Source: Pseudomonadota bacterium
GTDB taxonomy: Bacteria > Bdellovibrionota_B > Oligoflexia > Oligoflexales > CAIYRB01
DNA: 17,259 bases
Assembly: GCA_031416315.1 (NCBI GenBank)
Contig: JANOTL010000030.1
Span: 1 to 17,259, forward strand
Reading direction: 5' to 3'
Shown: piece after piece, positions 16,125 to 17,259 of the stretch
Numbering within the stretch: the stretch's first letter is position 1
How the letters are laid out: each line of letters opens with the position of its first letter
The notes under the pieces: model-generated
Told to the model about the DNA's origin: nothing
Databases searched by the model: none
The model's input: only the letters and a program-made list of their open reading frames with translations
Translations under genes and position numbers: made by a program

Positions 16125-17258
16125 TCATTGCTTGCTCGCTTCTTCTTCCGACTCCACCAGGTCGGCGACCGCCGGGGAGATCTTCAGATCGTGCGAGAGG
16201 TAGGCGGGCTCGGCGGAGATCTCATCGACGACGGGATGCTTGTCGGGAGAAAGCTCAACCATCTTCTGGTACGTGCGGCGCGTCCACGCCGTGAAGGTTT
16301 CGACCTCCTTCGAGCGCTTGTAAGCGGTCTCGAAGAACTTGTAAGCCTCTTCCTTCAGCGGAAAGGCCACCTTCTCCAGCTCCGTCTTCAGCTTGTCGTA
16401 CTCGACCTGCGAGGCGCCTTTGGGGCCCGGGGCCTTGAAGAGCGCGGTCGCGAAGTTCTCGTGCGCTTCGCCGAGGCGGTAGAGCGAAGCGACCGCGAAT
16501 TCGCCGGCGCCGAGCTCGATCACGTGCTGATAGCCTTCCGCGAGCTTGATCAGCTTCTCTTGCTTCGCGCCGACCTGGGCCTCGATCTTCGAGCCGTCGG
16601 TCACCTTGAGCTGCATGAAGCCCGAGAAATCCGGCTCCAGCACCTTGAACATCGCGCTGGCGACCGTGTTGCGAGCGTCGAACGCTGCCGGCGCGTCCTT
16701 GGCGACGAGCGCCAGGCGCACGCGCTGCAGATCCGTCTTGCCTTCGGCGACCGCGCCGGTCATCGTCTTCAGCTGGCCCGCCTTCGCCGCGGCGAAGAGC
16801 GCCGCCTCGCGGTCGGCCGTGTACTTCGACGCGTAAGTCGCGTAGGCGGCGATCGCCTCTTTCGTCCGGTTGTTCTTCTCGTAAAGAGTCGCGAGCTCCA
16901 TCGTCGCGTCCGGCGCGATTTGGTGCGTCGGGTAGCGCTTCACGAACTCTTCCAAGGTCGCGATCGACTCATCCGTCTTCTTCAGGCCTTTGTAGAGGAT
17001 CGCGGCGTTGAAGAGCGCGTTTGGCGCGCGCTTGTCGTCCGGGAAGTTCGCCGAGAGGCGGCGATAAAGCGCGGCCGCCTGGTCGAAGCGCGCCAGCGAT
17101 TCGTAGGTCGAGGCGACCGCCGCGATCACGTCCGGGAAGAGCGGCGACTTCGGATACTTGTCCAGCATCTGGTTGCCGGTGGTCAAAGCGATCTCGACCT
17201 TGTCGACCTTGAAAAAGCTGAGCATGGCGTTGTAGAGCGAGCGATCCGCGCTGGGATC
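16125..17258 (-). CDS. agmU: C-terminal part of a large TPR protein, GltD/AgmU-like; 5' end lies outside the window
   Basis: Frame stays open to the window edge (DPSADRSLYNAM...). TPR/outer-membrane-associated repeats with YPKS, FPDD and YPTH turns. C-terminus VASLYRLGEAHENFATALFKAPGP...PLKEEA...AWT resembles AgmU-type proteins. Confidence 0.7.
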   Translation of the reverse strand, partial: DPSADRSLYNAMLSFFKVDKVEIALTTGNQMLDKYPKSPLFPDVIAAVASTYESLARFDQAAALYRRLSANFPDDKRAPNALFNAAILYKGLKKTDESIATLEEFVKRYPTHQIAPDATMELATLYEKNNRTKEAIAAYATYASKYTADREAALFAAAKAGQLKTMTGAVAEGKTDLQRVRLALVAKDAPAAFDARNTVASAMFKVLEPDFSGFMQLKVTDGSKIEAQVGAKQEKLIKLAEGYQHVIELGAGEFAVASLYRLGEAHENFATALFKAPGPKGASQVEYDKLKTELEKVAFPLKEEAYKFFETAYKRSKEVETFTAWTRRTYQKMVELSPDKHPVVDEISAEPAYLSHDLKISPAVADLVESEEEASKQ

Positions 17259-17259
17259 G

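Overview
High-GC bacterial chromosomal window, densely coding, with no mobile elements, RNA genes or CRISPR arrays that I can detect. The gene content suggests a gliding deltaproteobacterial-type organism (Bdellovibrionota/Oligoflexia or Myxococcota); this is an inference. From left to right it holds five groups. (i) A sensor-less sigma-54 enhancer-binding protein on the - strand, absent from the ORF track because it runs off the window, diverges from a GT4 glycosyltransferase plus WcaJ-type priming transferase. (ii) A metzincin lipoprotein follows an AT-rich promoter with phased repeats. (iii) An orphan OmpR-type regulator precedes hutG-hutF, followed by an enlarged M20 peptidase lipoprotein. 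(iv) An SDR / non-canonical QueA paralog / exported glutathione peroxidase unit diverges from an XRE-cupin regulator coupled to an SdsA-type alkylsulfatase lipoprotein. (v) The 3' end of a gltD-gltE-gltF (agmU-aglT-cglF)-like gliding operon stops without gltG. The best candidate for an uncharacterised system is group (iv). All family assignments come from motif recognition by eye; no searches were run.
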